From the human T2T-CHM13v2.0 reference genome, Homo sapiens: DNA of 64,000 nt. The first letter of the stretch is position 1; each line of letters opens with the position of its first letter. Shown here in pieces: positions 62,938 through 64,000 of this stretch. Position numbers and translations under genes: made by a program. The stretch lies in NCBI RefSeq assembly GCF_009914755.1, contig NC_060927.1. The stretch is one strand, 5' to 3'. The notes under the pieces are model-generated. The model searched no databases and had not been told where the DNA came from. It worked only from the letters and a program-made list of their open reading frames with translations.

Positions 62938-63032
62938 GTCCCTTTTTTATTTACTTCACAGTTCTTTTCACCAAAGACATTACTTTGTTTTCCTTCCGTC
63001 CGTCCTTCCTTCCTTCCTCCCTTCCTTCCTTC

Positions 63033-63170
63033 CTTTTTTTTTTCTTTTTCTTGAGACCAGGTTTTGCTGTGTTGCCCAGGCAGCTCTTGAGCTCCTGGGC
63101 TCAAGCATTCCTCCTGCCTCAGCCTCCCCAAAGTGCCGGGATTATAGGCGTGAGCCACCATACCTGGTCG
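63033..63170 (-). mobile_element. FLAM-like Alu monomer with (TTCC)n-derived tail
   Basis: Left arm preceded by a TTCC repeat. Confidence 0.8.
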
Positions 63171-63179
63171 ACCTTGTTT

Positions 63180-63335
63180 TACTTTGAATGTGCTTATGAA
63201 TCAATTGGGGATCCTTTTAAAGTGCAGATTTGTATTCCATAGATCTGAGGCAGGGCTGAGACTGTATTTCTAACAAGTTCTCAAATGATGCTGATGCTGC
63301 TGGTCTGGAAACCACACCTGGAGAACCCCTGCTCT
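63180..63335. mobile_element. MER5A-like hAT-Charlie MITE
   Basis: gaatca...tgcagatt...ctgagactgtatttctaacaagttctc...tgatgctgctggtctggaaaccacac. Confidence 0.75.
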
Positions 63336-64000
63336 AGACTTTCCCCTGTCCTTTGAGATGGTGCTTGCCTGAGACCTCTCAGGTGAAAGCAAATCAGATG
63401 GCTGTTCAATGTCAGCAATGAGGGAGAAAATTTATGCAATTAGGACCAGTTCCTCTCTGCTGGGACTAAGGATCACTGAAAGAAATTGAGGGTCAGCTAA
63501 TTTGCAAAGTGGGAGAGGCAGAAAAAAATGGTGTCAGGCCCTAAGAGAAATTGGAGCTGGCTTTGAAAATACGCATTGAGTTTCAAACAGCAAACAAAAA
63601 AGCAATTCCTTTAACAAGCATTAAATTAGATATGCTAGGGGCTACATTGCTGAAAGTTACTCAGAAGACAGGTATTATGCTTATTCAGCTATAATTCTGG
63701 AATCAGCTAGAATCATCCCCAAATCTCAAAGCATGGTAGATAGTTGAATGGTGGGAATTTCAGTTTTCATAAAGAAACCTTTACTGGGGGTGGGGGCAGG
63801 ATTTCTAAATATGCCATATAACATTTATGCAGTGAGGTGGAAAATATATTTAAAACCAAACTCTTTGTAACTGCATCTGCAATCTAAATTGGGGTGGTAG
63901 TATAATTTACGTCAGTGGAAAAATGAATCTCTATACTGGGTCTTTCCACTTATGAAAGGGAAGAAAGAAGACTGACATTGTAAAACCTCTGCTTTTGGGG

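Overview
Human/primate genomic DNA carrying one protein-coding gene, BHLHE40 (DEC1/STRA13/SHARP2, a bHLH-Orange clock and hypoxia repressor), on the + strand. It has 5 coding exons: 13501-13580, 13744-13813, 14083-14190, 15164-15287 and 16609-17465. These total 1239 nt (412 aa plus stop), all with GT-AG introns. The gene has a CpG-island promoter (TSS near 13219) and a poly(A) signal at 18929. Upstream is a dead, near full-length L1PA (1-5700, roughly PA5/6) adjoining an older L1M. The remaining ~45 kb downstream is gene-free by my reading. It is rich in Alu, MIR, L2, MLT1 and hAT relics, and contains several motif-dense unique segments that look like enhancers (about 20.4-21.1, 28.7-29.6, 55.3-57.4 and 60.1-60.7 kb). 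Nearly all other ORF-track entries are repeat- or GC-derived noise. I see no evidence of a new protein-coding system. The best leads are regulatory: (1) a 5' splice site recreated at the exon 4/5 junction; (2) an AP-1/CRE cluster at 55-57 kb; (3) a downstream CACGTG-rich zone partly donated by MLT1 LTRs; (4) a copy of the promoter HRE 13-mer beside a STAT site in the 3' CpG island; (5) a 5'UTR uORF; (6) a tailless 5S rRNA retrofragment. Repeat subfamily names come from recalled consensus sequences, and repeat boundaries are approximate. All motif counts were done by eye.
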